Assembly: GCA_038087875.1 (NCBI GenBank)
Contig: CM075988.1
Span: 13,642,001 to 13,706,000 of the forward strand
Reading direction: 5' to 3'
DNA: 64,000 nucleotides
Source: Malacoraja senta
Lineage: Eukaryota
Shown: positions 25,923-40,029 of the stretch, piece after piece
Numbering within the stretch: position 1 is the first letter of the stretch
Layout of the letters: every line of letters begins with the position of its first letter
Program-made: the position numbers and the translations under genes
Notes under the pieces: generated by a model
The model's input: only the letters and a program-made list of their open reading frames with translations
Told to the model about the DNA's origin: nothing
Databases searched by the model: none

Positions 25923-27479
25923 AAACCTATTTCATCACAGAAGTACGAATTCAGTTTCTTTTTCATTTGCTAAAATTCCCCAGACAAGAATTTGTACAGC
26001 CAGAGGTTACTGAACCACTCTTCTCCTTGGGCAGTCCGTTGACTTGAGCATCACTTGCTACCACTCCAGCTTTGTGTGTTCTTAATGAAGCCAAGGTGAA
26101 AACCGCAGTTCCTTCGACAGAAGGGGGAGACAATTTGGGCGAGTGGGTGATTTGTGAGACAGTGCATTCCTTCTTCTGTTCATGCAGGCCTTTAACTTTG
26201 TGATGTATGAACTAAAAGCAGTGAGAAAGTAGACTGGGACTGATGACCCCACAATGTGTGAAAGAAAAAAAACAATCACAATAGAATTTTCCAGTTGATA
26301 AAATTGGAGATAATTGGAGATTGAGCAGTGCAGTCGATTTACTTGCATGATCTGGGTCAGAAAACAGGTCAGGCAAAGTGAATGTAAATGTCTTCTTTTG
26401 ATAGCTTGATAAGGATCTGGAGTGCAATTAGTTTTGATGCTCTCAATGCAGTTCCCATTGGGCTCGTGTCCACAACACTAATTGAGCAATCTGGTTCATC
26501 AAACCCACAAAAGGAATGCTGTTACGGGTTATTGAAAATTTCATGCAGTTGAAAGGGAAGGATACTTTTCATTGGTTGAGGCGAAGGCACATTGGGAAAA
26601 ATTATCAACTTAGTATGAATCCAGCACAAAATTATTTTGTATGTTAATGAGTCCTGTTCCCAACACACGTCTTGCATTAAGTAGGTATTTTACCCAACCA
26701 ATTCTCAGAAGAAAACAAAGTTTGAATGAAGATTTTTTGAGTGGCCCTTTATGCAACACACAGCGAGGGCATCAGGAAACGGCAGCTATGTGAATGGGGA
26801 ATGTTATATAAAATGGTAACATTCATTTTGGGGGGGTGTCACCTTTGGGTAAAGACTTGGAAACTATTTGCAGTTGTTCCTACGCACATTTTTATTCAGG
26901 ACTTTCTGAGGGGGGAAAACACATAGCGATTCATTGGAACAGTTGCTTAGACATGCACCCATTAACTGATGAATATCTGTCAGTAGATTTCAAACATCTT
27001 CTGGATTATTTACTAAATCATAATAAGAGAGACTACTCTGCATGCTGTGGAGATTGTGCTGATCTCTTGAGGATTATAAAATAAGGTAAATACTGAAGTA
27101 TAGTAAGTTTGCTTTCTGGTCCATTACATGTTATTGATTTTTTTTAAAATGTTTTCAAGAGAGAGTTAGATTTAGCTCTTAAGGCTAATGGATTCAATGG
27201 ATATGGGGAAAAAGCAGGTACTGATTTAGGATGATCAGCCATGATCATATTGGAAGGAGGTGCTGGCTTGAAGAGCCGAATGGCCTACTCCTGCACCTAT
27301 TTTCAATGTTTGTGCAGCAGTTGGCAATTATAGCTGCAGAGATCGAACAATTAGCCAGTGTTTCAACCATGAATGTCATCAGCATTAAGAAGTATCCCCA
27401 GAGATTACATATTGTCACAAAACATCTAAACTTTAGATTGCCTGGATATTTGAAGAGACTATATTTGTCTTGAAATAAG

Positions 27480-29290
27480 TTGGAGATGCTGGTGGAGAAA
27501 TGGCAAATTTGGTTTAAATCCGGACAAGTGTATTTTGCACTTTGGGAGGTCAAATTAAGCAAATTTTTTATAGTAAACGGCAGCACAGTTAGGAACATTG
27601 ATGTACAAAAAGGTCTTTGGGTCCATGTCCATGGCTCTCTGGAAATGGCAACTCAGTAGATATGATGGTAAAGAAAGTGAATAGCATGCTTTCCCAGTCG
27701 GTATGATGAGTACATAAATCTCCTTTCCAACCGATCCCACTTCATCTCTCTCCATAACTACACCTCTGCCACAGCCACTGTCACTCAAGGCGTTCCCCAA
27801 GGCTCCGTTCTTGGTCCCCTCCTCTTCATCATCTACATCCTCCCCCTTGGTCATATACTCCGTCACTTCAACCTTGACTTCCACTGCTATGCTGATGACA
27901 CCCAGATCTATCTCAGCACCAAGTCCCCCCACCACCCCCCTCTCTCCCATATCAACTCCTGCCTATCAGCCATCAAATCTTGGATGCAACTCAACTTCCT
28001 TAAATTAAACAGTAGCAAAACAGAATTTCTCCTCATTGGCTCCAAATCAACACTCACTAAAATTAACAACCCCACTCTCACTATTGACGGCACCACTGTC
28101 TCCCCATCTCCTCAGGCACGCAACCTTGGCGTGATCTTTGACTCAACCCTCTCCCTTGAACCTCACATCCGCCATGTTGTCAAAACATCATTTTTTCACC
28201 TCCGCAACATTGCCAAAATCAGATCCTCTCTCACACCCCCCGCTGCTGAAAGACTCATCCATGCATTCATCTCCTCCCGTCTGGACTACTGTAACTCTCT
28301 TCTCTTTGGCATCAATTCCAGCAACATCAACCAACTCCAACTGGTCCAGAATGCAGCCACCCGACTCATTACCCACACCAAATCCTGGCACCACATCACC
28401 CCAGTTCTCAAAGAACTCCACTGGCTTCCCATTTCCCACCGGATCATCTACAAAATCCTGGTCCTCACCTACAAAGCCCTCAACCACTTGGCCCCCCCTT
28501 ATCTCACTGACCTCCTCTCCCCCTATCAACCCTCACGGTCCCTCAGATCCACATCAGCTGGTCTCCTCTCCACTCCGAAATCAAACCTCTGCACTTTTGG
28601 AGGCAGAGCCTTCTCCAGGGCAGCTCCCAGGCTCTGGAATTCCCTCCCACAACTGATCCGAAATTCTGAGTCCCTCACCATCTTCCAGTCCCGCCTCAAG
28701 GCCCATCTCTTCACTTCTGCGTACCCTTAGTCCCATGTTCCCCTCCCCTTTGCATCTCTGTCTTACTGCTCTATTTAGTTTTGTTTATTCTTGACTCTCA
28801 ATTGTAAAGCGACTTTGAGTCCTGAAAAACGCTATATAAATTAAATGTATTATTATTATTATTATTATAAATCAGGACATTTTGCTGGAGCTGTATAAAA
28901 CTTTGGATAGGATACATGTAGAATATTGTGTGCAGTTCTGGTTGCAGGATTACAGGAAGGATGTGGAAGCTTTGGAGATGGTGCAGAGAAGGTTCACAAG
29001 GATGTTGCTTGGATTAGAGAATATTAGCTACGAGGCGAGTTTTCTCTGGTAAACTGGGGAGAAGCAATAGATGTTTCTAAAAGTATTCAAGAGGCATGGA
29101 CAGTGTGGTTCATCAGGGTTTTATCCAGGGTGGAAATGTCAAAAGTAAAACAAGGACATGGCTTCAGGGTGAGAAGAAAGAAGTTTAAAGTGCAAGATAA
29201 GCTTTTTACACAGAGAGTAGTGGGCGCTGGAACACCTTGTCAGGAGGGGTAGGGAGTGGTGGGTGGTGGAAGCAGACGGTGAAGTTTAAT
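27480..29290 (+). mobile_element. Old CR1 fragment interrupted by an L2 copy
   Basis: CR1 RT-like sequence at 27480-27720 resumes at 28867 (EY.NQDILLELYKTL). Confidence 0.75.
27721..28866 (+). mobile_element. Young 5'-truncated L2 LINE with open RT C-terminal frame
   Basis: GVPQGSVLGPLLF..HCYADDTQ is in frame with the 27984-28730 ORF (LKLNSSKTEF, SRLDYCNSLL, LHWLP). L2 tail with (TAT)n; 7-bp TSD ataaatc (27714-27720, 28867-28873). Confidence 0.93.
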
Positions 29291-29488
29291 CAAGAGTGCT
29301 TTATTGTCATACTAGACTAAATGGGACCCGTTGGGTCACATGTTCACACGGGAGGGCTGGTCCGCCAACGCAATATTCCACCTCTCCACCAATTCCAATA
29401 TTGGTGGCCTGTGTGGGGAGGGGGGGGGTGCTTTCTGGGGTGCTTTCTGGAGCGCTAGCATGGACATTGTGGGCCAAATGGATTCATG

Positions 29489-29727
29489 GGCTGGCAGCTC
29501 AGTCACTCAGGCCTGGTGCGCTGGCAGCTCAGTCACTCGGGCCTGGTGGGCTCGCAGCTCAGTAGTCACTCAGGCCTGGTGGGCTGGCAGCTCAGTAGTC
29601 AGTCGGGCCTGGTGGGCTGGAAGCTCAGTAGTCACTCAGGCCTGGTGGGCTGGAAGCTCAGTAGTCACTCAGGCCTGGTGGGCTGGAAGCTCAGTAGTCA
29701 CTCGGGCCTGGTGGGCTGGCAGCTCAG
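29489..29727. repeat. 30/33-bp minisatellite, about 7 copies
   Basis: Unit gctggcagctcagtagtcactcaggcctggtgg. Confidence 0.95.
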
Positions 29728-30160
29728 AAACAGCCAGATATTCTGCCCAAAACAGGTGAGAAACTATGTGAGAGAGAAGGGGGAGAGGTTGGAGATTCAA
29801 TTTTAGACATTTTTCATCTTTTCTACATATCACAGCAATAAAGGAGGAAAGTCTATCCTGGCCTGGATCTCACAGGAAGCCAACGAAGGGAGGGAGAAAA
29901 AGACTGGGGTGAGGTTTAATACTTGCAGGGGGAATACTTACTGATGGGCTGAATGGACTCCCCCTGGGCTAGTACTGACCTGATGGGCTGAAGTGGCTCT
30001 TTAAATAAAAAAATAAAAATCTGGGTGAAATCTCAGTGAAAGGCAATTTTTCTGGACTTTTCCTGGCTTGGCACGGACCTTTTGGCAAATACGGGCAATT
30101 TGGGCAAAAGGGACTGGTTTCTCGGCTAATAGGGGTCTTGTGGGCCGAAATTAGTGGTTT

Positions 30161-30481
30161 CAGGCAGGCCGAACAACTCATTTCATTTCAATTTCAAGCA
30201 CAGGGCAGGCCAAACGACTCCATTTCCATTTCAATTTCAATTTCAAGCACAGGGCAGGCCAAACAGCTCATTGCATTTTCATTTTATTTCCATTTCCATT
30301 GCAGTTTCATGCACAGGGCAGGCCAAACAACTCATTGCATTTTCATTTCATTTCTATTTCCATTGCAGTTTCAAGCACAGGGCAGGCCAAACAACTCATT
30401 GCATTTTCATTTCATTTCCATTTCCATTTCCATTGCAGTTTCAAGCACAGGCCAGGCCAAGCAGCTCATTGCATTTTCATT
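30161..30481. repeat. Imperfect ~50-70-bp tandem repeat
   Basis: Repeated gcacagggcaggccaaacaactcattgcattttcatt. Confidence 0.9.
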
Positions 30482-32839
30482 AAGGGCTAACAAATCATTT
30501 ATTGCAAGTACATTGCAGATTCACTATTCAGTTGATTCACAGCTTAGAATCACAGTTGTGGCCTCTCACTTGCGATCATCCAGTGTGACTGACTCAAATC
30601 CAGGCATCCAGGGTTTTATAGTCCAGCCCCCCCCCGGAAGGGGTGTTACCTTCATCATGGTGATTGACAGGCGAGAGGACCAATCAGCTGATCTCAAGAT
30701 TTTTTAAACACTCATAATTTTTTTATTTTTCATCGATCGGAAAAATCCTCGGGGCTGCCTCAGCGGAGGATGGCCAAAAATCATAGCGATATAGGGTAGC
30801 CTTTTTTCTAAAATCAATATACAGCGCAGACAGGAAGTGGTCAAGATGAGACTTTTAGTGCTATAGGTGTCCCAAACAGATCAATGAAAAGTACAAAGCT
30901 ATATCATACAAAGACTGGGATTAGATTAATTTGGCACCCTGATTGGTATAGATATCGTGGGCCGATCGGCCTGTTCCTGTGCGTAATTGGTCTATGTCCT
31001 AACCTAAATTTGTACACATTTGTATGTATTTATTTGAAAAAATTCCATCTTCCTACATCCTCCACTTTGATATTTTGGAAGTGCCAGTGACATTCAGATA
31101 CAAAAACTTTCTTAAATATTTTATGATCCATACTTAAACCATTTATTTTGATCTAACACTGATGAATTCCAGTGACCAAACCTCTATAACCCTCTAAGAC
31201 AATTTCTAAGGATCACTATCCTCTGGAAACAACAACACAATTCTTCTCCCTGTCCTGAATACTTGACCCTTTATTTTGAGAATGGGGTCTTGATTCTATA
31301 TACCATTACTATAGGAAACATCATTCTTCCAAGGCCTATAAGGATTTGTATGTTTCAGTGAGAACTCTGTCGTAAAGGGTGAATGATAGAAATTGGTGGG
31401 GAGTGGTTGATAATAAGTGGAGAGCCAGAAAATGATATAAATGAATTATAGGAACATAGAAACATAGAAAAATAGTTGCAGGAGTAGGCCATTTGGCCCT
31501 TCGAGCCAGCACTGCCATTCAATATGATCATGGCTGATCATCTAAAATCAGTACCCCATTCCTGCTTTTTCCCCCATACCCCTTGATTCCTTTTGCCCAA
31601 AGAGAGCGAAATCTAACTCTCTCTTGAAGACATCCAGTGAATTGGCCTCCACTACCTTCCCCTTATTCTTAAACTGTGACTCCTTGTTCTGGATTCCCCC
31701 AACATCGGGAACATTTTTCTTGCTTTGTTTCCTGATTAGTGCAAATGGTACGTATGAACTTGATCGGCTAACTACCTGCTCAGTGGTGTATGACTCCAAA
31801 TATTCTACTGAACTGGTGTTCAATTGGCTATGTAAAAGGTTGAGTAAGTTCAGCTGCTTTTTGCAAGAAAGATTCCTTTGGAAAAAATGAATAATAATCT
31901 TAGTGGAAAGCTGAGTAAAATCCAAGATATAGGAATCCCATTGGGTGACACAATGCTTCTGTGAACAATGTGATAGAATTTAATTAAAAACCTGATCGTT
32001 ACTAGGTGCTCAAGTGGATTTTCCATCAGCTCCTTTATACATGTGTGAGGAGAGCCTGCACACTGTGAAGTTAAGTAATGTATAATGCATGTTCGGCATC
32101 CTTGTGTGAGGATGCATACAAAGCCTGTCATGATGCAGACCCCAACCAGTGAAGCTGGTCTTAATGACATTTCAACCCAACCTTCACATTAAAATGCCTG
32201 ACCCAACTTGAATTGGTGTGGTTATTACTGTATCATTATCAATAAATTAACATTTATTCAGCCCCACCACCCCCCCTCTCCGCTGCACACCTTAAGCCTT
32301 AACTTCATCCCTGACAATCTCACCTACCCCTGTGCCCTGATACTATTCACTATCTCCATCAATCCACATTGATCCATTCTCCTCCTCTGCACAGAGCTTC
32401 TCCACCCATTCATTACATGTTGTAACTTCCCCACCCAAACTGCTCTCCAACACACTTTTTACTTTAATCTCCACTCTCCATATTGAGGTTGCAAAGACCT
32501 GCAATTGACGGTTCTGGTGTGTGTGAAGTCTCTTCAGTGCACAGTAATGTGGGCCTGACACATGGCAGAATATCACATCCTGAGCACTAAGCTGGTATTC
32601 TCCCCTTGGTTCCTAGTTTCCTGGTCCTCCAAAATATTCCAAATGTAATTTAAACTGGAGGTGGTGGAGGGATGACTTAAGCCAGAAAGGGTTCTTGGGA
32701 AGAAAGAGCTACCTTAAAATTAGTTGCATCTGGTTGGGTAACTATGGTAGGGTGAAGACAATTCCATGCTTTAATTGTGCGGGGGATGAATTCCCCTTAC
32801 CCTTGCCTCCCTTGCCCCCCAATGCTACAATTATATTTA

Positions 32840-33122
32840 ATTTAGAGATGCAGCATGGAAGCAGACCATTGATCACTCGTTCACACCAGTTTTATGTTAT
32901 CCCACTTTCTCATCCACTCCCTACTCATTAGGGGCAACTTTAGCAGAGGCCAATTAACCTACAAACCTGCACATCCTTTGGATATGGGAGGAAACTAGAG
33001 CACCTGGAGGAAACCCATGTGGTCACAGGGAGAATGTGCAAACTCTGCACAGACAGCACTGAGGTTAGGATCAAATCCGGGTCTCGACCATTGTGAGGTA
33101 ACAGCTCTATCAGCTGCGCCAT
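32840..33122 (-). mobile_element. HE1-like V-SINE
   Basis: Reverse complement of the family. Confidence 0.8.
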
Positions 33123-35719
33123 TTTAAAACTATATAAGGACTTGAAAAAATATCTAAACATATTTCACCCAACTGAATTGACATTCTTCTAACACCTGTT
33201 TCTTCTGAAGAAGAAGGGTCTCAACCCGAAACATCGCCCATTCCTTCTCTCCAGAGATCCTGCATGTCCAGCTGAGCTACTCCAGTATTTTGTGTCTACC
33301 TATTTCTTCTTAATGATTTCAATGGGACACTTTGCCGACACTACAGTAGAATTTCCAGGCATGATTTAGTTGAAGTCAGGAAGACCTTTGACGGAGCACT
33401 AGCAAATAAAAAAGAAGCATAATGAAATTTTCCATCACTAAAATATAAGAACTGGAATGGACAGTTAGGAAACATATTGAAAAGAGATTGGTGAAGAATG
33501 TTTAAAACTACATGGAGTAATTTTATCAGTGAAAATTGCAAAGTTGCAAGAGATTGCAGGGACTTGGATGAATTGGATGGGTGAACACCAACATATTGGG
33601 GCAAATTCTCTCCTCCTCTGCTATACGTCCCTCGAGATGTTAGTGACTCTTATGTAAAGCAAAAATAAATCATATTTATATTTAAGTAAATATATCCTTC
33701 TGTCCGAGTAGCAAAATCAATTTAATATTACAGCAGAACTTTTGGTTCCTCTGATAGAAAATTACAGGAACTCAGTAGAAATTCCATGCTGGGGAGTAGA
33801 TGCTATCTTGTTTTAGGCAATCTTGATCTGAAGCACTTTGAAGTCAAGAATAGCAAAGCCAGCTACAGATAAAAACTCTATCCACTCTGCCCTGACAGTG
33901 TACCTCGACGTGTATTTCAAAAGAGCCAACTTTTATCCTTTCATGCACTGGTAACCTCCAAGGATGATGTTGCCAATTAAGTGTAGTTTTTTATTAGTTC
34001 TTGACAGCTTCACACCAGACTGCAATTGCCCCAAAGCCTTTCCAGTGCAAATTATTTTCAGTCTTTTGTCCAGTTATTCTTGGCTCATTTTAAAACAAGG
34101 TCAAGAGGTGAAGTAATTGGTTTGCAATCCACTTCCATTGCTCAATTCCCCTCAAGCTAGATGGTTAATGGTGGCCATGTTCAAGGCTGAGCATGTTCGT
34201 AGCAGAGGGAATGGAGCACATTCATGAAACCATTCCTACCATATTACTTTCCCCGTGCCTTGGGATTGAACGGACTTTCCCATTTATGGTGACTGATCTA
34301 CTAACTGAATAAATGCACTGAACCATGACATGATGTTGTTTTTGCATCATCCGCAAGCAATTTTCATCGTTCCTAACCTGTATGCCACAATATCTTGGAA
34401 TATCCTTTGAAATGGACTCCAGCACCCTCTGGAATGGTCTCTGGAATTAGCATTATTCATTTGCCCCATCAGTTGTACATTAAATTAAGTCTTTCTTGTT
34501 TGTTCACAGGTGACTTTATGTAAATGTTAGTTACTCCAGCACTGTGTTTTACTCAAGATTCGAGCATTTGCAATTCCTTATGTCTCAATATTTCCTATCT
34601 GTCGATATACATACAGATCAGAACTTCATAATGAATTCAAGTTTGTTTCACTATTGTTAATGCATTAACGAATAACTGCTAAAATAAATAGTGTCATGGC
34701 AACTATAGGACGGCTCAAATAACTTAGCTAAAAACAACAATGCAGAACAAATAAAGTGTATATGAAAGATCGCTTTAATAACACCATGAAAATTTAAACA
34801 GAGATTATTCCTAACCCTGCTTTATGTGCTTTGCTCTTTATTGACTATGCAAACAGTTCTCGTTACTCTTGGATCACACAGGGTTTTAATCAGCATCTTC
34901 AGCATTTTAATGATGCTCAACTTTGCAAAAGGAGGAGATCTTTGCCAGAACTATTAAAAATTCTGTATCACAGTGTTATCTTGAGTAAACTGAAGTCTGT
35001 ATTGAAAGTACACCTGCAAAATATCTGGAATCCTTGCACCTCTGTTTTATGGAATAATACTAATGATATTTTCATTAAAAACATTTAAAAAAGAGCATTT
35101 TCTGAAATACTCTGCAGGTCTGGTAGAATTATTGAAGAGAAAAACAGAGTTAATGTTTCAGGTCAATGACTCTTCATCAGAAGAGTCATCATTATCACCA
35201 CCATTCATGGGTCATCATCACCTGAGCCAAAGCATAAACTTTGGGACGCTCCACAGTTGTCGCCTGACATGTTGACTGTCTCCAGCGTATTCTGGTTGTA
35301 GAGCTGGTTTCTGGATTTGTTTCAGTTTGCAGATATAGAAGATTTGTCAGATGCTGTAAGATGTTTTGCCAATTTGGCTTTCATCCAAGCTAATTGGAAG
35401 CATTAAGAACACGAGAACTTGGAGTAGAGCAGGCCTTTGAACTCCTTGAACTGCTCCATCATTCATCAAGACCATGTGGCAACTCCTTGTAGGGATTACA
35501 AAGGAAACTCCAGGTACAGGGGAAATGAACACAGGCCTTGCAGAGCATGAAAAGCTGCTGGTACGGGAAGGCGGAAGCGGTATCTGTTGTATGCCACGGC
35601 TGGTAGGGTGGAAGGTAAGGACAAGGGGGTACCAGTGGGGGGATGGGGAGTGAGAGCGGAGCTACGGGATATAGAGGAGAACCTGGTGAGAGCCTCATCT
35701 ATAGTTGAAGAGTCCCATC

Positions 35720-36375
35720 TCCTCCCCTTTCGGCTTTCCATCGGGGAGACCAAGCGCAGGCTTGGTGATCGCTTTGTTAGTTATTTTTTTCCCTTCAAAA
35801 TAGACTTTATTCAGGTAATAAATATATACAATACATGATCCGTGCAAAAAATTAATCCAACATTTTCGGAGGCTATACAAAATATTCATATACAGTCTAC
35901 ATATATTGCTCAAATTTCACAAATTTATCCCCCACCCTCCGCACAGTTCGCATTAACCAACCTGATCTCCCGGTAGCTCAGCACTTCAACTCCCCCTCCC
36001 ATTCAGAATCCGACCTTTCTGTCCTGGGCCTCCTCCATGGCCAGAATGTGTCCCAACGCAAATTGGAGGAGCAGCACCTCATATTTCGCTTGGGTAGTTT
36101 ACACCCCAGGGGTATGAACATTGACTTCTCCAATTTCAGGTATCCTTGCTTTCTCCCTCCTTCCCCTCCCCCTTCCCAGCTCTCCCACAGCCTACTGTCT
36201 CTGCCTCTTCATTTCTTCTTCCCGCCCCCCCCCCACCCCCACATCAGTCTGAAGAAGGGTCTCGACCCGAAACGTCACCTATGCCTTCGCTCCATAGATG
36301 CTGCCTCACCCGCTGAGTTTCTCCAGCATTTTTGTCTACCTTCGATTTTTCCAGCATCTGCAGTTCTTTCTTGAG
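35720..36375 (+). mobile_element. Penelope 3' fragment (GIY-YIG end plus 3' UTR), interrupted by an antisense poly(A)-tailed fragment (~35785-35935)
   Basis: IGETKRRLGDRF ... QRKLEEQHLIFRLGSLHPRGMNIDFSNF; hammerhead-like core at 36249-36276. Confidence 0.85.
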
Positions 36376-36683
36376 CAAACATGAGTTCTCGGTTGATAAC
36401 AAGGCTCAAGACTTGCCAAGTCAATGTGCATACAATGAAAGCCAAGGTGTCACATTGCATGTGATGGATGTGATCATTGTAAAAAAACAATGTTTACAAG
36501 CAATACGGTATTCAGTAGACCAGATGTCATGGTACGTGGTGGTCGGCTGAGCCATCATAAGCCCTTGCCAGCAGTAGAAAGAAACAAGAGGAAAAGAAAG
36601 GGCAGGAGCCATCATCAATATTATGTTTCTCCCTGCTCCCTCTCCATGAAAAGCTCGTCTGAATGCTAGTGGCTGCAGCCATA

Positions 36684-37170
36684 ATTCAATTCAAGTCAAG
36701 TCGGGTTTATTGTCATAGGCACGTACACTGAGGTACAGGTACTATGAAAATCTTGCCTGCAGCAGCACCATGGCACATAGACTCTGGAAACACATGAAAC
36801 ATAACTTATATATAAAACACACATACTCTCTGCAAGATACTGAAAAAGAAAAAGACTGTGGAAAAGAAAAACAACATTAGTGCAAATATATAAATATAAA
36901 TTAGAAAACAAGTCAACAGCAGTGCAAGAGGTGGTCCGTTGAGTTATGTTGCCGAGGTAGGATTAGAGTTGTGCAGGTCAGTTCACGAACCTGTTAGTTG
37001 TAGGAAAGCAAGTGGTTCTGAACCTGGTGATATGGGACTTCAGGCTTCACTAAGAGGTGGGGGTCATTGATGATAGATACGGCCGCCTTGATGCTTCCGA
37101 TTATGAGGAGAGCTGTGCCTGCAAAGGATTAGACTGGCCAACCACTTCAGCCTTTTGTGTTCCTGTGCTT
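36684..37170 (-). mobile_element. Rex1/Babar-type 3' remnant
   Basis: Resembles 51750-52430; tttattgtcat at the tail. Confidence 0.6.
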
Positions 37171-40029
37171 TGTTCATGCTGTATCTGTCCATTCTGCCAT
37201 AATTTCTAGTTAACAGTCATGCCAAATCAGCCAATTCCTTCCTTGTCAATGTTCATCAGAGTGTTTATTATAATCTAAAGCACAAGCCACCAAATTGTTG
37301 CTTCTTTCAATATAGTTGTCAACTCATCATCTTTTGGGTTCTCATTGTGCAGATGTACTGTGTGGTTTTGCCATCCCTGTGCTTGCAATGGGACGCAATT
37401 GGCTTTTAGATAAGCCCTTGAATATGCAGGGAATGGAGGAATTTGGATCATGCGCAGGTGGAGTAGATTAATTTAACCCAATGTCATGTTCAGCACAGAC
37501 AATGTGGGCTGAAGGGCCTATGCTGTACTGTTCTATGTTCTAACATTCCATCAATTTGCAGACTTGGAAGTCTGCACTCCACCTTCCAACCACACAAATG
37601 GTAAAAAATAGTGTTTCCTTATGCCATCAAAATAGTCTGCTTCTCTATTTTATCCCCAAAGTAAATATTAAAGAAATAGTTTCTGCACAGATTGCTAGGA
37701 AATGCTATCAACTGCATGTCTCCTGTCTAAAATTAATCATTCACTTCTGCCTTTAAGCCAATTGCATATCCTTGAAGCTACCCACCCATTAGCCCAATGT
37801 GTGTCTGTGTTGCTTACTAGCCTTTTGCAGGAGACATTATCAAATGTCTCTGCAAACCTATGTAAACAAAATATAATGCATTCCTTTCATTAACCTTTGC
37901 TGCTGTTTCATCATAAAATATTATCGGGATAAGATTTTAGGAGAAGGCTTAGATATAGGGAAGCAAACGTCTTTTCTAAATTTGGCCCCAAGGCCTCTGT
38001 AAAATGCATTCCAATAATGGCCCAGTGTCTCAGAGTCATACAGCCATGTAGCATGGAAACAACCTGCCCACACCGATCAACATGTCCCATCTACACTATG
38101 GTCTCCTCCATAAGGATTAAGGTATCCATGACCCATCTACCCTCTAATTAATTGCTGCAGTGCCCAGTTGATACGTTGCCTTGTACGCAAAATGGTGAGA
38201 TGGGTCAGTCGTTTGTACAATGTTTTGGCTGTGAACATTGACTGTATGACAAAGGTGTGAGATGCGGAGATGAGTCTTGCAGCAATGCGAGAAGGGTGAG
38301 GGTGTGATGTATAATCTGATTGTTGGATATGGATACTGACCTATGGAGACTATTGACGAGTGAGGGTTGGGGTCCACGGTGAATTGGCCAGTATTGCAGG
38401 CAACGGTGTAGAGGGCATTTCAAAATACATTTACTGACTTTGATAACTGAGCAGTTGAACTTGTGGTGCTAAATGCAAATCCTAGGTACTTGACACTTTG
38501 CACTGAATTTCAATTTTAACAGCTTGCATTGCCTTCTGAAGATATATTCAGAAGGCCTACTAATTCCCTGTGGACACAGGTCTCCTCTTCTACTGCTTAC
38601 TTCCCAAACAACACCTCAAGCGGAGCAACCAGAACTCATGAAATGTGCAGAGTCCCATATCTGGCCCTGGGCTCTCAATTTTCCCAGGCCAGATATAGCT
38701 GTGGAACATCTGTCAGAACCTGCCCCACCAACAATGCAGCTGTCATCTAGGCCTGCTTGAAGCAGTGCAGGTTAGTTTAATTTGTGCAGAGGACTCGCTG
38801 ATGCATCGACAGCACCAACTAATTAGCAGATGGCTTCAGAATGTGTACACTAACTGCATTGGTATGAATTAATTGTACATCGTGATTCCCTATCCCTTCT
38901 CTCTGGATAATCAGCTTTCATCCCGTTTCTAAAAAGGGCACCTGAGAACAAGCCAAATGAAGTCATATTGTGGTAGTGCAGACTTCCTGGCAACACATAT
39001 CAGGCCATCACTGTGAAAATAAGTAGGGTGGAACTGCAGATGCTGGTTTAAACACAAAATGCTGGAGTAACTCAGTGGGTCAGGCAGCATCTCTGGAGAA
39101 AAGGAATAGGTATTTTCAATAGATATAGAAATTGTCAAAACATTTGAGGGTGTGACAGTTCCACAATAAAGTTAGAGATTAAACCAATATAGAAATCAAA
39201 TGAACAGAAAATATTAGAAATATGCAATAAGAGATCTGGTTTCTGTAAAGATAGATATGCTGAAGAGAAAGTTATTTTGTCCCAAGAAATGCTTCCTCCA
39301 AATAATTACCTAAATGTTGAATGAACTGAATTCAGCTTTTCTCCTCATAAGAAAACCTCCAAAGAACCGATATGCAATTCTATTTGATCGTGCTAATAGC
39401 TATGGATCGGGATGTGTAGGAAGGAACTGCAGATGCTGGTTCACACTGAAGATAGACACAAAACGCTCAAGTAATTCAGCGGGTCAGGCAGCATCACTTT
39501 CACCAGAGATGCTACCTAATCGTTTTAGTTACTTCAGTGTTTTGTGTCTATCTTCACTGAGAAAATAGGTCCAGGCATTCTTCAAACTAGCAGGCTTTGG
39601 AGATAACCATTAATGTGTTGCATCTAATTGCCTCCTATGGCACACAGCGATTATCTTAAATCACTTAACCATGCTCTGTGGAGTTAGATTGTGTGGATGC
39701 AAAGGCGTTTCCATTATGTGATGTACAACATCAAAAATAATTTTACTGAATATAATTTTGCAAACATTGTTTGAAAATTTGCTGGCTTGATAAATCAATT
39801 AAATATCAACTTTAGAATAATGAAGCATTCCACTTAATTTGTACACTATGATGATAGACTGCCTGACTTTCCGCCCTCTGCTGCAGGAAATGTAAAGCAA
39901 GGAGTTGACACTTTTTTATTTGAGGGAAATAATCTATTTCTCGATTGCATCAGATACCAACTAGAAGTAATTCACCCCCATCAGGCGAGATGAATCACAT
40001 AAACTAAATATATTTTCACAGGACATTAA

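Larger units (their letters stand above)
29312..30867 (-). mobile_element. Non-autonomous Helitron with internal minisatellites
   Basis: Minus-strand 3' end is CTAG (29312-29315), preceded by hairpin gaccc-gtt-gggtc (29325-29337). Inserted between A and T with no TSD. An empty-site paralog lies at 51751-51780. Confidence 0.82.

Noticed and set aside
29331..30707. Repetitive ORFs and a CRISPR-like appearance
   Set aside because: Tandem minisatellites with no unique spacers, no cas genes, and a eukaryotic context.
33760..34460. Minus-strand LADDAK motif and 67-aa ORF
   Set aside because: Possibly an ancient LINE trace, but too weak to call.
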